In this document: piece by piece, positions 30,101 through 39,642 of the stretch
Layout: each line of letters begins with the position of its first letter
How positions within the stretch are numbered: the first letter of the stretch is position 1
Virus record (IMG/VR): IMGVR_UViG_3300032330_002145
Coordinates: 8,928-72,927 of that record
DNA: 64,000 nt
Source of the DNA: a virus
Taxonomy: Duplodnaviria; Caudoviricetes
Reading direction: 5' to 3' (one strand)
Translations under genes and position numbers: made by a program
The notes under the pieces: generated by a model
The model's database searches: none
What the model was told of the DNA's origin: nothing
Seen by the model: only the letters and a program-made list of their open reading frames with translations

Positions 30101-31428
30101 AATACATTATCACTAGGACCAGTCCAAATAAATTGTAAAGTATAACAAGTAAATTCTGAACCGTTTCGTTGAACTTGGACAATTTGACCTGGAACATAAG
30201 AAGTTGTACCTGTTAGAGTTATAATATCCCAACGATTATTTTGATTACAAGATGTTGCCGCCCATCTTTGGAAACTTGCATCTATACAATCTTGACATAC
30301 ATCAAATGATGGAAAACTTATATATGTTGTATTACCTGAAAATGGGTCAACAGGTGAAACATCCATAACTTGATAACATTCATCTTCATAATAAATTACT
30401 GTCCCAAAAGGAACGTACTGGCTTGAAACAAATTCAGAAAAAATTTCTGTATAAAGACAACCAGCTAAAAGTTGTATAGATATTAAAACTTGTTCACAGT
30501 TAAGACAATCTGTACAAGTTGGTGAAGGTTCATAGTTTAATAATTCATTAATTGTTACGGGGTCAGTTGTTTCACTTAAAATTTCATAACACTGACCACC
30601 ACCCAAACTAATGTTTGATACATCACCAGGATTAAATAAGTTTGAACCCCATATTACCTCTTGAGAACCATCAAGACAGTTTGAGATTACAACTCTTGTT
30701 GCACCACTTGCTACACACTCCTCACAGAATATTTGTTGAGCTCCTGGAGAAACACCAGTAAATCCAATAACAGATACTATTGTTGCTGTAAGAGGTCTTG
30801 GTGTTGTACTTCTAAGTATACCACAATACAAATCAATACCCAAACTATCAATTGTAAATGTTACTCCATAAAAATCACCTCCAGTACCTGATGGTAAGGT
30901 TGCATAATATAATGTCCCACTTAAACATTCACTTATTTCGTAATAAGATGGTTGAGAATTTTGACAAAGTAAACAATTATTTACACTTCCTATCCCATAA
31001 CTACTTGGTGAGATATATGATAAATTATAATAAACTCCACATATTAGATTATTAGTATAAGAAACTGAAAAACAACCGTTTATATATTGGTCAAGGCTAA
31101 ATGGGCCTTGAAGAATTAAATAATAAATTTCATCTTGTGCTGGTAAAAATGGTAAACTTGTGATTTGTCTTATAGGTACACAAAAAAATCCTCCTCTAAC
31201 ACAATCAATAAATTGTACCGCATTATATATTTTGCTTATACAATCATCACAACTTTGATAGAAGTTTTGAATTGGTTGAGGTTGTGATGGTGTTGTTGTT
31301 TCTCCTGTTAAGGTAATACATCTTCCTTTAACATCTAATACTACTTGAGGTAATGATATTGGTGTGTCTGAAGAAACTACTATAGTATCAGAACTGATAC
31401 AATCTTTTCCTGAATAATAATATGTCAT
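27199..31428 (-). CDS. Cys-rich fibre-like structural protein, internally duplicated, with an inserted beta-propeller-like domain
   Basis: Two copies of NCLxGxxEVxWGSxLF...TxNExL; about 295-aa YVTN/propeller-like insert. Confidence 0.65.
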   Translation of the reverse strand: MTYYYSGKDCISSDTIVVSSDTPISLPQVVLDVKGRCITLTGETTTPSQPQPIQNFYQSCDDCISKIYNAVQFIDCVRGGFFCVPIRQITSLPFLPAQDEIYYLILQGPFSLDQYINGCFSVSYTNNLICGVYYNLSYISPSSYGIGSVNNCLLCQNSQPSYYEISECLSGTLYYATLPSGTGGDFYGVTFTIDSLGIDLYCGILRSTTPRPLTATIVSVIGFTGVSPGAQQIFCEECVASGATRVVISNCLDGSQEVIWGSNLFNPGDVSNISLGGGQCYEILSETTDPVTINELLNYEPSPTCTDCLNCEQVLISIQLLAGCLYTEIFSEFVSSQYVPFGTVIYYEDECYQVMDVSPVDPFSGNTTYISFPSFDVCQDCIDASFQRWAATSCNQNNRWDIITLTGTTSYVPGQIVQVQRNGSEFTCYTLQFIWTGPSDNVFPNTLNYYYSLTQTPFNTCAECSSGSTVGITIIDCDYASASYITVSLYDYLRLTGGDSNPATPVLQYDGKCHLLLNQCPIDNTYPLVTSNLYNNCIECSEDLNVTRYSGTTCFSQETIIIGYNETNILTPGDIVITNRGTCVTISGETSEINTEGTITTTGLTSCYECYLNDDPNYQVFFQQCLSGEIYFIPLSSIGFLPTLGEVYFLDFTYGKEPILHQTCFTVIGLQPQRPDESMSFNSISLPYVDCSECFTNNLIRFLVEDCVSGDIHVVGYPSSSGVDGLVTYTPIGEVDQYCGYIRGITESDPIDSSLITILGNVVCEDCLSAVAKKRILTNCLNGNQEVVWGSLLFAEGNITHIQTGEGCYEVGPETDQEVTLNEFLDFDNYPSCQECIQCNGVHYFWSACTPSLDIINTSIKTSYGSPRFLQFDQTNNIIWFTINNDTNIVKYNVLTNTIITVYGVVFQVQNFFFLHPSNGFIYYCNSNNLWKFNTTTGVNTLIYSSPYAGTFHSYFYDSITNYIWLTNFLSSWVLVLNLTTETLVSPINLPSPYPSGIVLNTSSDKIYVSDYYSGWYYIINRTTFNIESTYYSSMNYSQKMFYDNGTNRIFGNGRFIDCNINQLFYVNTNIQYDVIKDPISGKLIVPNGGIYIFDPVYLTLSQVQTPIPNGSYQFVQYNSVTNEYYFSTQWGGSIVSVTFGDVYRLGEIDSYQYASLNSYFYHPKNGCSVIYDILPSSGITSHNFYSFETFETCEDCTNVGFDVWESYNCVTDKFSYVVTNSGVYNSGDLVNVKWGETDFVCFTLNYKIPQSEYQYINLNRDFYFADSVVKPSCENCSDGVSVSISIIDCGNQNSMFVNVSLSLWFILTGYNDTIPRPVFLFGDTCYRVLNECPFSPDHYPINPTYIYYNCESCGDPLEANSETVLCLQNCSGGTYTVSVNHPYWTNQYGQAVIQNNAVGLGGQTGYNG

Positions 31429-31430
31429 AA

Positions 31431-32894
31431 TTATTTATAATTTACTATTTGAAATTTTAATGTTCTTTTATAAGTATTAACCTCACTTGAACTCTCAACT
31501 TTTATATCCACATAATATTCATTAGGAATTTTATCACGGGTATCAAAAATGAAATAATATTCATTAGGGGTTCTATTTATTTTTGTCCAGTCTTGAACCT
31601 GAACTTCTGTTTGTCCTTCTCTAACATATACTCTATAATATGCACTAACCTTTTGTAAAAGTTTTTGTGTTGTATATGCTTGTTTAATGATAACACCGAC
31701 TTTTCTAATATCAGTATTAAAAATTTTCTCATCTTGTTTGATACCATAGAAATCAAATCCATAAACTTTTGGGTCTTGAGAATTAGTACCAATCTGTAAA
31801 CTTTGACTTAAAGGAAATAGGTTAAACGAATTATATTGATTCGGTAAAGGGAAACCATTTAGTTCTAAACCATACCATAAATCTGTGAAAGTACAAGGTG
31901 TCTTAAATCCAATTAGTGGTGGTATTGTTACCTCATAAACTCCCTTGGCTCTTTGACATGAGGTAAGACCAGTAAGTGCTGGTACAAGATTTCCTGAGTT
32001 ATCTAAAATGTTAACAGATGGTGGAAAGTCCAAATTAACAGGATTACCATTGTCATATAAATAAAGATAAAGGTGATTAACCCTACCTAATGTGAATAAG
32101 TTTCTATCATCATCAATATAATCATTATATGATGTTTCAAGATATGGTTCATAAAATGTTTGAGTGTGACGTGTGAAAAACTGAACTTCATATGCGTCAG
32201 TCAAACCAGTTAAGTTCTCAAGTTGTGGTTTGTAAGCTATACCCCACCCTGAAGTAACAATAGTTCCGTCTAATATACCTTTAATTTCTTCAGTCATATC
32301 AAACTCAATATTCTCGTTACCGAACTCAAAATGTTGTGTATCAACAATGACAAGTGATGAATATGGATATGGACCTGTCTCTTCATTACTATAGATTCCT
32401 GGATAGTTCCAATCATCAATAGTTGTTCTTTCAATCCAATTGGATGGTCTTATAGAATAGTTTTTATCAATATCACTGTTCTGATAAATAAGGTCGGCGT
32501 AGTCATATCCCACACCTTCATCCCAAATTTGAACAGTCGGTTCTTCAGCAAATAGATTTGGTATTCTGAATAATATTAAATCAAATGATGTTGCTCTTTG
32601 TCTTAATTGTGACGTTAGAGTATTTAACGATTCTTCATCAAATGAAGAAGTGTTTGTCATTCTTAAAGTATGTTTAACTGAATCGTCACAAGAAGTTGTG
32701 ATAGTTCCATCAGCATATTTTTCACGAAGAAGTGTTAAATCTAAATCAAAAATAAAACGACTAAATCCATTTGGGTTTGTTAGACTTACAGTTGCCCCAT
32801 AAAATAGTTCAGTAACAGGATTTCTACCCGTGTTAACATAACTATTTAAAATGATTGTGTTATTTTTACTAAAATAGGAATTATTAATTGACAT
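31431..32894 (-). CDS. Conserved virion structural protein, function unknown
   Basis: 487 aa, beta-rich, ATATTTAT at 32916-32909, located between spike and fibre genes. Confidence 0.55.
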   Translation of the reverse strand: MSINNSYFSKNNTIILNSYVNTGRNPVTELFYGATVSLTNPNGFSRFIFDLDLTLLREKYADGTITTSCDDSVKHTLRMTNTSSFDEESLNTLTSQLRQRATSFDLILFRIPNLFAEEPTVQIWDEGVGYDYADLIYQNSDIDKNYSIRPSNWIERTTIDDWNYPGIYSNEETGPYPYSSLVIVDTQHFEFGNENIEFDMTEEIKGILDGTIVTSGWGIAYKPQLENLTGLTDAYEVQFFTRHTQTFYEPYLETSYNDYIDDDRNLFTLGRVNHLYLYLYDNGNPVNLDFPPSVNILDNSGNLVPALTGLTSCQRAKGVYEVTIPPLIGFKTPCTFTDLWYGLELNGFPLPNQYNSFNLFPLSQSLQIGTNSQDPKVYGFDFYGIKQDEKIFNTDIRKVGVIIKQAYTTQKLLQKVSAYYRVYVREGQTEVQVQDWTKINRTPNEYYFIFDTRDKIPNEYYVDIKVESSSEVNTYKRTLKFQIVNYK

Positions 32895-32915
32895 TAACTT
32901 TTTTAGTTATAAATA

Positions 32916-34484
32916 TCAATTAATTCGGATTTCGTTATTAAGAATGTTATTTTGAGCTTGAGCAATTAAGTCATCAATCTCTTCCACACTTTGTCCGTTA
33001 CCTGTAGCTCTCCTTGCCGGTCTCATTACAGACACAGGATGTACGTGACCTTTTAAGAATGACCAAATCTTTTCAACCAACTCAATCATCAAGTCACCAC
33101 GAACTGTTGGATATGTTTTACTAAAGATATCAACAAAATTTTCTTCAGGGATTCCGTATACCGTATTTTGTAAATTAATAGTTCCTTTTGGTCCGTTTGT
33201 ATCATGTGCCAAAAAATATAATCTTTGTCCACCCATCACACTGTAAGTGATTGACACTGGTTCAAAATCAATAGGTGTGAATTTCTCAAAAACACCCTCA
33301 TACGCCGGTCCTACTAATGGATTACTATTACCTTGAATACTTGAAATCAAAAAGAATCCACTTTCATCAGAAGCTGGATTCATCTTAATACCGTTCATTA
33401 AAGATTGATAATTATTAAATTCCGCAATTTCTGTTGTTGTTTGATTTGGAATTAACTTGTTCCCTTTTTCATAAGTTAAAGCATTTGGTGTTACAATAAA
33501 AGGTATTAAACTTGTTTTATTTTCACCAATTCTGAGATTACCACTAGTATCTGGTAATTGTATGTAACCTTCCCAAAGTTGATTTAAAAAATTATTAAAT
33601 AAATTAATAACTTCGGTCATTGTCTTATTTGAAAAATTTGTTTCCACTAACGGTCCGGTATAATCAGTACCTTGTGAAATAGTGGTTATAGTTTCTTTAT
33701 TAAATTTATCTGTCGTTAATTCAGTATTAAATTTAACGTCATAAATTCCAATAGAACCATTAAATACATTTTGTGTATTATCCAAGTTATCAACGTTCCA
33801 AATAATAATTTTTTTAACAACATTAACAATTTCTTTTAGTTTAAAACTTTTTTGTTCTTCACCAAGAACTGATTTGTTTGTGAAATTTGATAATTGTAAA
33901 AACGCTCTTTTAGTATTACTAACAGGGTATTTATTATCTTGATATGGAAATGCTTTACCCGCTCTAACTAATACCTCATTTTCTTTAACTACAACATCGG
34001 CAGAACCTCTACCAAGTAATGCGTTATCTCCAGGATTTGGGAATACTCCATAGTATGAATTATATGGGAATGTACCGTCTTGATTTTTAAGAGGTAAATT
34101 TTCTTTAATTCTTTCACCTGAAGCTAAAAACTTTTTAGCTCCCTGAAAATATTCAAAAGGAGTATTAAGTGGTGTTGAGAATGGTCCTTGAATGTAAAAT
34201 TGATTCTTAAAAGGAAACTCTTTGTTCATATAAAAGATATGAACATATTCGGTTACTTTAGGAGTTTGGTTAAAGAAATACGGTAATAAAGGAATAAAAA
34301 TAATCGGGTCTTTTGATGTCCAAGCATCTTTGGTTTCATCCCAATCAGGAATTGATTTAAGGATGTCTTGATAATTCATATCTTCAGGAATTACTCTTAA
34401 ACGACCTAACATCATTGGGTCGTTATTGTCATAGACAATACCTGGAAATATAATTTGGTGAAAATTTTGTTGAGTTATTTTCAT
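32916..34484 (-). CDS. Baseplate hub/central spike protein (gp5/VgrG-like OB-fold N-terminus)
   Basis: GIVYDNNDPMMLGRLRV, PLLP...PKV.EYV; C-terminal GHVHP (HxH). Confidence 0.65.
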   Translation of the reverse strand: MKITQQNFHQIIFPGIVYDNNDPMMLGRLRVIPEDMNYQDILKSIPDWDETKDAWTSKDPIIFIPLLPYFFNQTPKVTEYVHIFYMNKEFPFKNQFYIQGPFSTPLNTPFEYFQGAKKFLASGERIKENLPLKNQDGTFPYNSYYGVFPNPGDNALLGRGSADVVVKENEVLVRAGKAFPYQDNKYPVSNTKRAFLQLSNFTNKSVLGEEQKSFKLKEIVNVVKKIIIWNVDNLDNTQNVFNGSIGIYDVKFNTELTTDKFNKETITTISQGTDYTGPLVETNFSNKTMTEVINLFNNFLNQLWEGYIQLPDTSGNLRIGENKTSLIPFIVTPNALTYEKGNKLIPNQTTTEIAEFNNYQSLMNGIKMNPASDESGFFLISSIQGNSNPLVGPAYEGVFEKFTPIDFEPVSITYSVMGGQRLYFLAHDTNGPKGTINLQNTVYGIPEENFVDIFSKTYPTVRGDLMIELVEKIWSFLKGHVHPVSVMRPARRATGNGQSVEEIDDLIAQAQNNILNNEIRIN

Positions 34485-34723
34485 TTTTTCTTAGTTCTAT
34501 TTTCGTATTCTTTTAATATCGTATTGTAGATATTTTCAATCTTATCCAAATGGTGTGTTAATTTAAGTAAACTATCTTTAGTTACTTCAAAATCTTTTTG
34601 AATAAACTCCATAACAAAAATTAAATCTTTGTTAGATTTTGTTTTGTAATCTTTTACAATATCTAAAACTTTATTTGAATCTTCTTGATTAACCATATTC
34701 TTATAATTTTTTACCAAAAGCAC
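34481..34723 (-). CDS. Small coiled-coil hypothetical protein
   Basis: 80-aa ORF overlapping its neighbours; start may be the internal MVNQ. Confidence 0.55.
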   Translation of the reverse strand: MLLVKNYKNMVNQEDSNKVLDIVKDYKTKSNKDLIFVMEFIQKDFEVTKDSLLKLTHHLDKIENIYNTILKEYENRTKKK

Positions 34724-36593
34724 TTGTTGGAACAGTAAGACCTGCTGGTGTAATTGTCAATGCTCCAAGAGCGACTTGAACCTTACCATTTTCAGTTTCT
34801 TCAAATGACATACCTTTAATTTGTGCAAAACGACTCAACAATTCTAAATTAGGTGTACCATCAGGTAAATCTCCCGTAGGTATTCCTAGTTTTTGCATTT
34901 CTTCAATTACGTTAATAAATGCTCTCGTATCTGAAAATCCATCCAACAATCTTGATGCAAATAAAATTGGTAATGGTATATCCCCACCCCAACCTTGAGT
35001 TGCAATTTTTAAAAGACTTAATAACTCGTCAACTAAACTTTTACATTTCCTAAAATCTTGAATGAAGTTAGCAACAATTATTAATAAACTAACTAACTTT
35101 AAAATCATTGCAATTTTTTTCTTTAATTTTTCTTTTTGAATATCCGCAATAATTTGTTGAATTAAATTCAAAATATCTTTTTTAATTAATTGAAATAATT
35201 CTTGAACAAATAAAGCTCCGATTTTAGATATTATATTTTTAGCATATTCTTTAAAATTCTTTAAGAAAGAAACCATATCTTCAACTGCGTCAACAGCTGA
35301 TTGTCCAAGTGCCTTTAACATTATAAAGACAGGTAGTAAAATTTTTGGAGTTAATAATCCTGATACTACTCCCTGAGCGAATTTTTTAATAAAATCTAAA
35401 TCAATTGCAACATCTATGTTTGGTCTAATTCCAAATTCCCAAGCCGGATTGTTCGCTAATGTGTTTGATGCGGCAATTGCTGCATCAACTAACTCATCAT
35501 CGGGAACCTCAATTAAATTAATAATTGCATCATTAATTTGATTGGCATTTACTGGTAATTTTGCGGTGGTACATTCCAAATATTCGATAACTCCATTTTG
35601 GAAATTAGTAACTCTTTGGTCAATATTTCTTAAATCAATTTCAGTTAGTTCAAAAAAATTCTCATCGATATCACCAAGTTCAGCAATTTTTGCAACACCA
35701 CTAACGTCAATTTCTTGTCGATTGTCAAAACATAAACCTAAAATACGACTAACAAAAATATCAAATTTTGTTGCGTCCTCAACTTGTGTAACACCTAATC
35801 CCGCACTTATAGAAAATGAATTACACAAAGATTGCATAATTTGATTAATAACACCTTGAAACTCAATTGGTTTCATAGTTTTATAATAATCAATCATAAA
35901 TTCTCCAACACGGTTTACGTTGTTTACTCGGTTAGGTAATGTGACTTTGAAGTACGGGTCGGAACCAACTTCTACATATTGTATGTCAAATAAATCTTGT
36001 CCTGATACTCCTTTATATAATTGTCCGTTATCTACTGAATATGGTTGACCACTTTGTATTCTTTCAAACAATTCTTTATTCATTGGAAAAGGATTTGTTT
36101 GAATTGCGACTTGTTCTTTTTCGTAAATTAATTTACCAATCTTTGTAGTTGGGTCAATTTTAAGACTATTAATTATATCAATTGATTTAACTTTGATATA
36201 AATTACTTGAGAGTTAAAAACTTGTTGTTGGTCACAACCAACAGCAGTTAAAGATTCTTGAATTAATATTTCACTTATCTTTGGTTGGATATTCTTAAGA
36301 GCTGTTAACATCATTTTTTTGATGTATTTTGCAGAATTTGAACCCTGACCTGAAGTGATTTTATTAATGTCTAAAAGTTCTTCAAATTGATTTTTAATTT
36401 CTCTTTTATATTTTTCAACTTGAGCTTTTACACTTTCAATACTCTCAGTAACGTTTGATTTAAGTTCTTCTAAATTATCTCCCGCTCTTTTAGTGATATC
36501 ATCATACTTTGTTTTTAAATCATTGTATGATTGATTGGCGGTTACTTTATCTTTAACTTTTTTATAATCTACACTTAAATCTAATGACGGCAT
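34701..36593 (-). CDS. Large helical hypothetical protein, probably baseplate/tail-associated
   Basis: 630-aa ORF in the structural operon. Confidence 0.55.
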   Translation of the reverse strand: MPSLDLSVDYKKVKDKVTANQSYNDLKTKYDDITKRAGDNLEELKSNVTESIESVKAQVEKYKREIKNQFEELLDINKITSGQGSNSAKYIKKMMLTALKNIQPKISEILIQESLTAVGCDQQQVFNSQVIYIKVKSIDIINSLKIDPTTKIGKLIYEKEQVAIQTNPFPMNKELFERIQSGQPYSVDNGQLYKGVSGQDLFDIQYVEVGSDPYFKVTLPNRVNNVNRVGEFMIDYYKTMKPIEFQGVINQIMQSLCNSFSISAGLGVTQVEDATKFDIFVSRILGLCFDNRQEIDVSGVAKIAELGDIDENFFELTEIDLRNIDQRVTNFQNGVIEYLECTTAKLPVNANQINDAIINLIEVPDDELVDAAIAASNTLANNPAWEFGIRPNIDVAIDLDFIKKFAQGVVSGLLTPKILLPVFIMLKALGQSAVDAVEDMVSFLKNFKEYAKNIISKIGALFVQELFQLIKKDILNLIQQIIADIQKEKLKKKIAMILKLVSLLIIVANFIQDFRKCKSLVDELLSLLKIATQGWGGDIPLPILFASRLLDGFSDTRAFINVIEEMQKLGIPTGDLPDGTPNLELLSRFAQIKGMSFEETENGKVQVALGALTITPAGLTVPTSAFGKKL

Positions 36594-36601
36594 AAAATAA
36601 A

Positions 36602-36979
36602 TTATTTTTTCATTTTATATGAATCGTCTATATTAGAAATATCTTTTTCTAATAAACTTTTCATAATTTCATCATCAACATCTAAATCAGAAATTGAAAA
36701 TGATTCTTTAGTTGATGAATTACTTTTTTCCCAAATACTAGACTGTAGTTTTGATAATTGTAATTTTTTTTCAACACAATCATTTATTATCTTTTGTTGT
36801 TCTTTGATGACTGGACCTAACAAAGACATGTCTTCAGCCTCTTTCATCATTGTTAACATTTTATTTTGAATTCTAATAGCAGTATTTCTTTGTTCAACAA
36901 GTTCATTGTAGATTTCTTGCATCAGAGATAATATAGAATCCTGATTAAATTTAATTTCTTTTTTTGTTGGTCTTGGCAT
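36602..36979 (-). CDS. Coiled-coil hypothetical protein
   Basis: 125 aa; ATATTTAT at 36991-36984. Confidence 0.6.
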   Translation of the reverse strand: MPRPTKKEIKFNQDSILSLMQEIYNELVEQRNTAIRIQNKMLTMMKEAEDMSLLGPVIKEQQKIINDCVEKKLQLSKLQSSIWEKSNSSTKESFSISDLDVDDEIMKSLLEKDISNIDDSYKMKK

Positions 36980-37004
36980 AACAATAAATATTAAAGTTCA
37001 AATT

Positions 37005-37754
37005 TTATTTTATCATAGTCTGAATTAGATTATGATAAATATTTTTATATTTTTTCATTGAACTTCTAATTTCTTTAGTGTTTAAATTAGTCATTTCTCT
37101 TAGAGACAACAAAATAATATTTTTATTAAATTTATTATTTGAGCTACCAATGAATATATTTTCATAGTTATCAAAAATATCGTGGAGTGCTTTACCTAGT
37201 TTAATTTCATTATCATTTAAACTTTTATCGTTTAATAATAAATCAATTTCAACCAAAAATTTCTTAATTACTATTTCAGAATCTAGGATTTCTTTATCAA
37301 TACTGTATGAAAATTCACGTCTATTTTCTAAATCACTTGAAATGTCTTCATAGGATATTTTCCTATTCATTTCTTTTTGGTCTTTAATGATTTGTCCCAT
37401 TAGGTAATTTTTACAAATGGTACCAAAGTAAGAGTAAGCCTTCTTTTCTTTTGAAGGCTTAAACTTATCTATTTTGGTCATTAAAAACGAGTGAGTATCT
37501 ATATGGATTTCGTAAAAGTCCATATCTTTTCTGTATAATTTATATCTTCTAATGATTGAAGATATCATTTTGTCTAAAGGTTTCCTTAAAAACTCATTAT
37601 AAATTTTGTTCTTTTCTTCAGGACTTTCAGCTAGTAAAAAATTTACAACCGCCACCTCTTCTCGAACATCAAAATAATTTGTTTGTGTAGGTTTTCTACC
37701 TTTCTTCTTTAACTCAACAATTGTTTCTCCAGATATCGCTTGAGTAACATCCAT
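37005..37754 (-). CDS. Putative late-transcription sigma factor (gp55-like, sigma70 region 2)
   Basis: KIDKFKPSKEKKAYSYFGTICKNYL resembles the sigma region-2 motif (FDP.K..AFxYF..I). Confidence 0.7.
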   Translation of the reverse strand: MDVTQAISGETIVELKKKGRKPTQTNYFDVREEVAVVNFLLAESPEEKNKIYNEFLRKPLDKMISSIIRRYKLYRKDMDFYEIHIDTHSFLMTKIDKFKPSKEKKAYSYFGTICKNYLMGQIIKDQKEMNRKISYEDISSDLENRREFSYSIDKEILDSEIVIKKFLVEIDLLLNDKSLNDNEIKLGKALHDIFDNYENIFIGSSNNKFNKNIILLSLREMTNLNTKEIRSSMKKYKNIYHNLIQTMIK

Positions 37755-38572
37755 TAAGAAGCTTGTGGTTCAAATTTTATTGCTCTATCGTGAATAAAAA
37801 AATATTCTTTTTTAGCCGACTCAATCCAAAATCTAACCTCATTATCTGTTAACTTGTCCTCAGAATTTTTGTAATTCCAAAAAATTGAACCAGTTCTCAA
37901 ATTGGTGTGTTTATAACCAATTTTAGGGATTGACATAATTTTTACAGAATTGTGTGTCATTCTTAAAAAGAATTCATAACCGAATGTCAATTTAAATGAT
38001 GGTTTAAGTAATCCATAATCAAGGAATGATTGTTTTTTAATAACCATACCTGACAATTGGAAGTTTTGAAACTGTTGTAATGTTTCGTTATTTAAGTAAC
38101 CCATTTCCTCCGATACGTTCAATGCAAATACTGCTTCATTAGTGAAACCGGCAAACACACCTTTCTCGTCAATATCAACTACGATAGGTAAAAACGCTCC
38201 AACTTCAGGATAATACTTTACATAATTTTTAACATTTTTAAACCAAATAGTTGAATACTCATCATCAAATTCAAAAATAGAAATATATTCTGATTTAGAA
38301 GTTCTTACTCCATAGTTAACTTGTTCAGCAAAATTCGCTTCTTTAGTCCATTCATGTTTAATAACATTTAAATCACCAAAGTCATAACCATTAATGTATT
38401 CATTTAATTTAGTTTCATTTGTATGAATGATTATCAATTCATTTATTGTTACTTTTTGAGTCTTTAAAGAATTAATTGCTTTATCAAAAAATTCTTCAAA
38501 ATCAATTGCAAATGCTGATTTGATAGGTAAAATGACTGATACGTCAAATTTTTCAATTACATTATTTTCCAT
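37754..38572 (-). CDS. Glycosyltransferase, GT-A (GT2-like)
   Basis: VSVILPI, NYGV..SKSEYISIFEFDDEY. Confidence 0.8.
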   Translation of the reverse strand: MENNVIEKFDVSVILPIKSAFAIDFEEFFDKAINSLKTQKVTINELIIIHTNETKLNEYINGYDFGDLNVIKHEWTKEANFAEQVNYGVRTSKSEYISIFEFDDEYSTIWFKNVKNYVKYYPEVGAFLPIVVDIDEKGVFAGFTNEAVFALNVSEEMGYLNNETLQQFQNFQLSGMVIKKQSFLDYGLLKPSFKLTFGYEFFLRMTHNSVKIMSIPKIGYKHTNLRTGSIFWNYKNSEDKLTDNEVRFWIESAKKEYFFIHDRAIKFEPQAS

Positions 38573-38576
38573 AGTA

Positions 38577-39638
38577 TTATTCAGTTGTTTCTAATTTATT
38601 TAATTGTTCTTCAAAAGATTCTAAACGTTTAGCAATGTATGAATCAAATAATTCAATAACTTTTGTGTCAAACGTTTCTTTAGTTATTAAACTTTCTACT
38701 GTAGTTTTCATACCGTTATAGATAGATTCACTAACATTATCTTCTAACCAATTTTGTAAGAAATCTGCCACAAAATCAGCCATTTGAGTTTTATTGTTTA
38801 CCCATAATCCATTATCTTCATTCATCCACAAAGGAACCATGTTTGGAACTAATCCTAATACAGGAACTCCTGACTTCATACTCTCAAGTGGGAATGTACC
38901 ATAAGAACTTGTCTCATCAATCCATACTGATAAAAAACATTCTTGTAATGTATTTGAGAATTCAGTAGGAGTTAATCCTCTCATATCTCTAAATGTTACC
39001 CAACGATATTGAGGGAACTTCAGGTAGAATTGTTTAATCAAGTTAACACCATCTCTTTGTTCTCTTGAATGAACCGCAATAATTGGTTTTGGTGGTATTG
39101 ATTGTGGTCTGAAAGAATTTGAAATAAATGGTGGGATGATATCAAAAGATACTCCTCTCATAATATTTTCCAAATATTCTTTTTGTGATTCTGATGTTGT
39201 AATACACTTATAGAAACCAAGTTGGTTCCAGTTCTCACCTGGTTGTAATGTTTCTAAAATATGGTCATAAGCTTGTGATAACACAATTTTACCACATGGT
39301 AGTTTTGTAATTTGATTCATTACAAATCCATAAAGTTCAGGAATAACAATAAGGTCTTCAGGTGAAACCTCTAAATTTTGACCCTCAATTGATTTGTGAG
39401 GTAATTTATCTGAGTAATCCTGTCCTAACCAAGATGCAACACCTGTATAATCAGGTTTCTCGTGAAGGATAATGGGATTGTAACCCGAGTTCAATAAAGT
39501 CATTGCCATTTCATAGATGTTGGCAATTGAAGCCTTTGCATGCCCTTTAGTGTCTTGAACTATAAAATAAATTTTTGATTTTTTGTCTTTCAAAAGTTGG
39601 ATTGAATTTTCCAATTTTGAAACGTTTTCTTGATTCAT
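38577..39638 (-). CDS. Glycosyltransferase-like protein, GT-B
   Basis: IVIPE, C-terminal ETSSYGTFPLESMKSGVPV. Confidence 0.7.
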   Translation of the reverse strand: MNQENVSKLENSIQLLKDKKSKIYFIVQDTKGHAKASIANIYEMAMTLLNSGYNPIILHEKPDYTGVASWLGQDYSDKLPHKSIEGQNLEVSPEDLIVIPELYGFVMNQITKLPCGKIVLSQAYDHILETLQPGENWNQLGFYKCITTSESQKEYLENIMRGVSFDIIPPFISNSFRPQSIPPKPIIAVHSREQRDGVNLIKQFYLKFPQYRWVTFRDMRGLTPTEFSNTLQECFLSVWIDETSSYGTFPLESMKSGVPVLGLVPNMVPLWMNEDNGLWVNNKTQMADFVADFLQNWLEDNVSESIYNGMKTTVESLITKETFDTKVIELFDSYIAKRLESFEEQLNKLETTE

Positions 39639-39642
39639 AATT

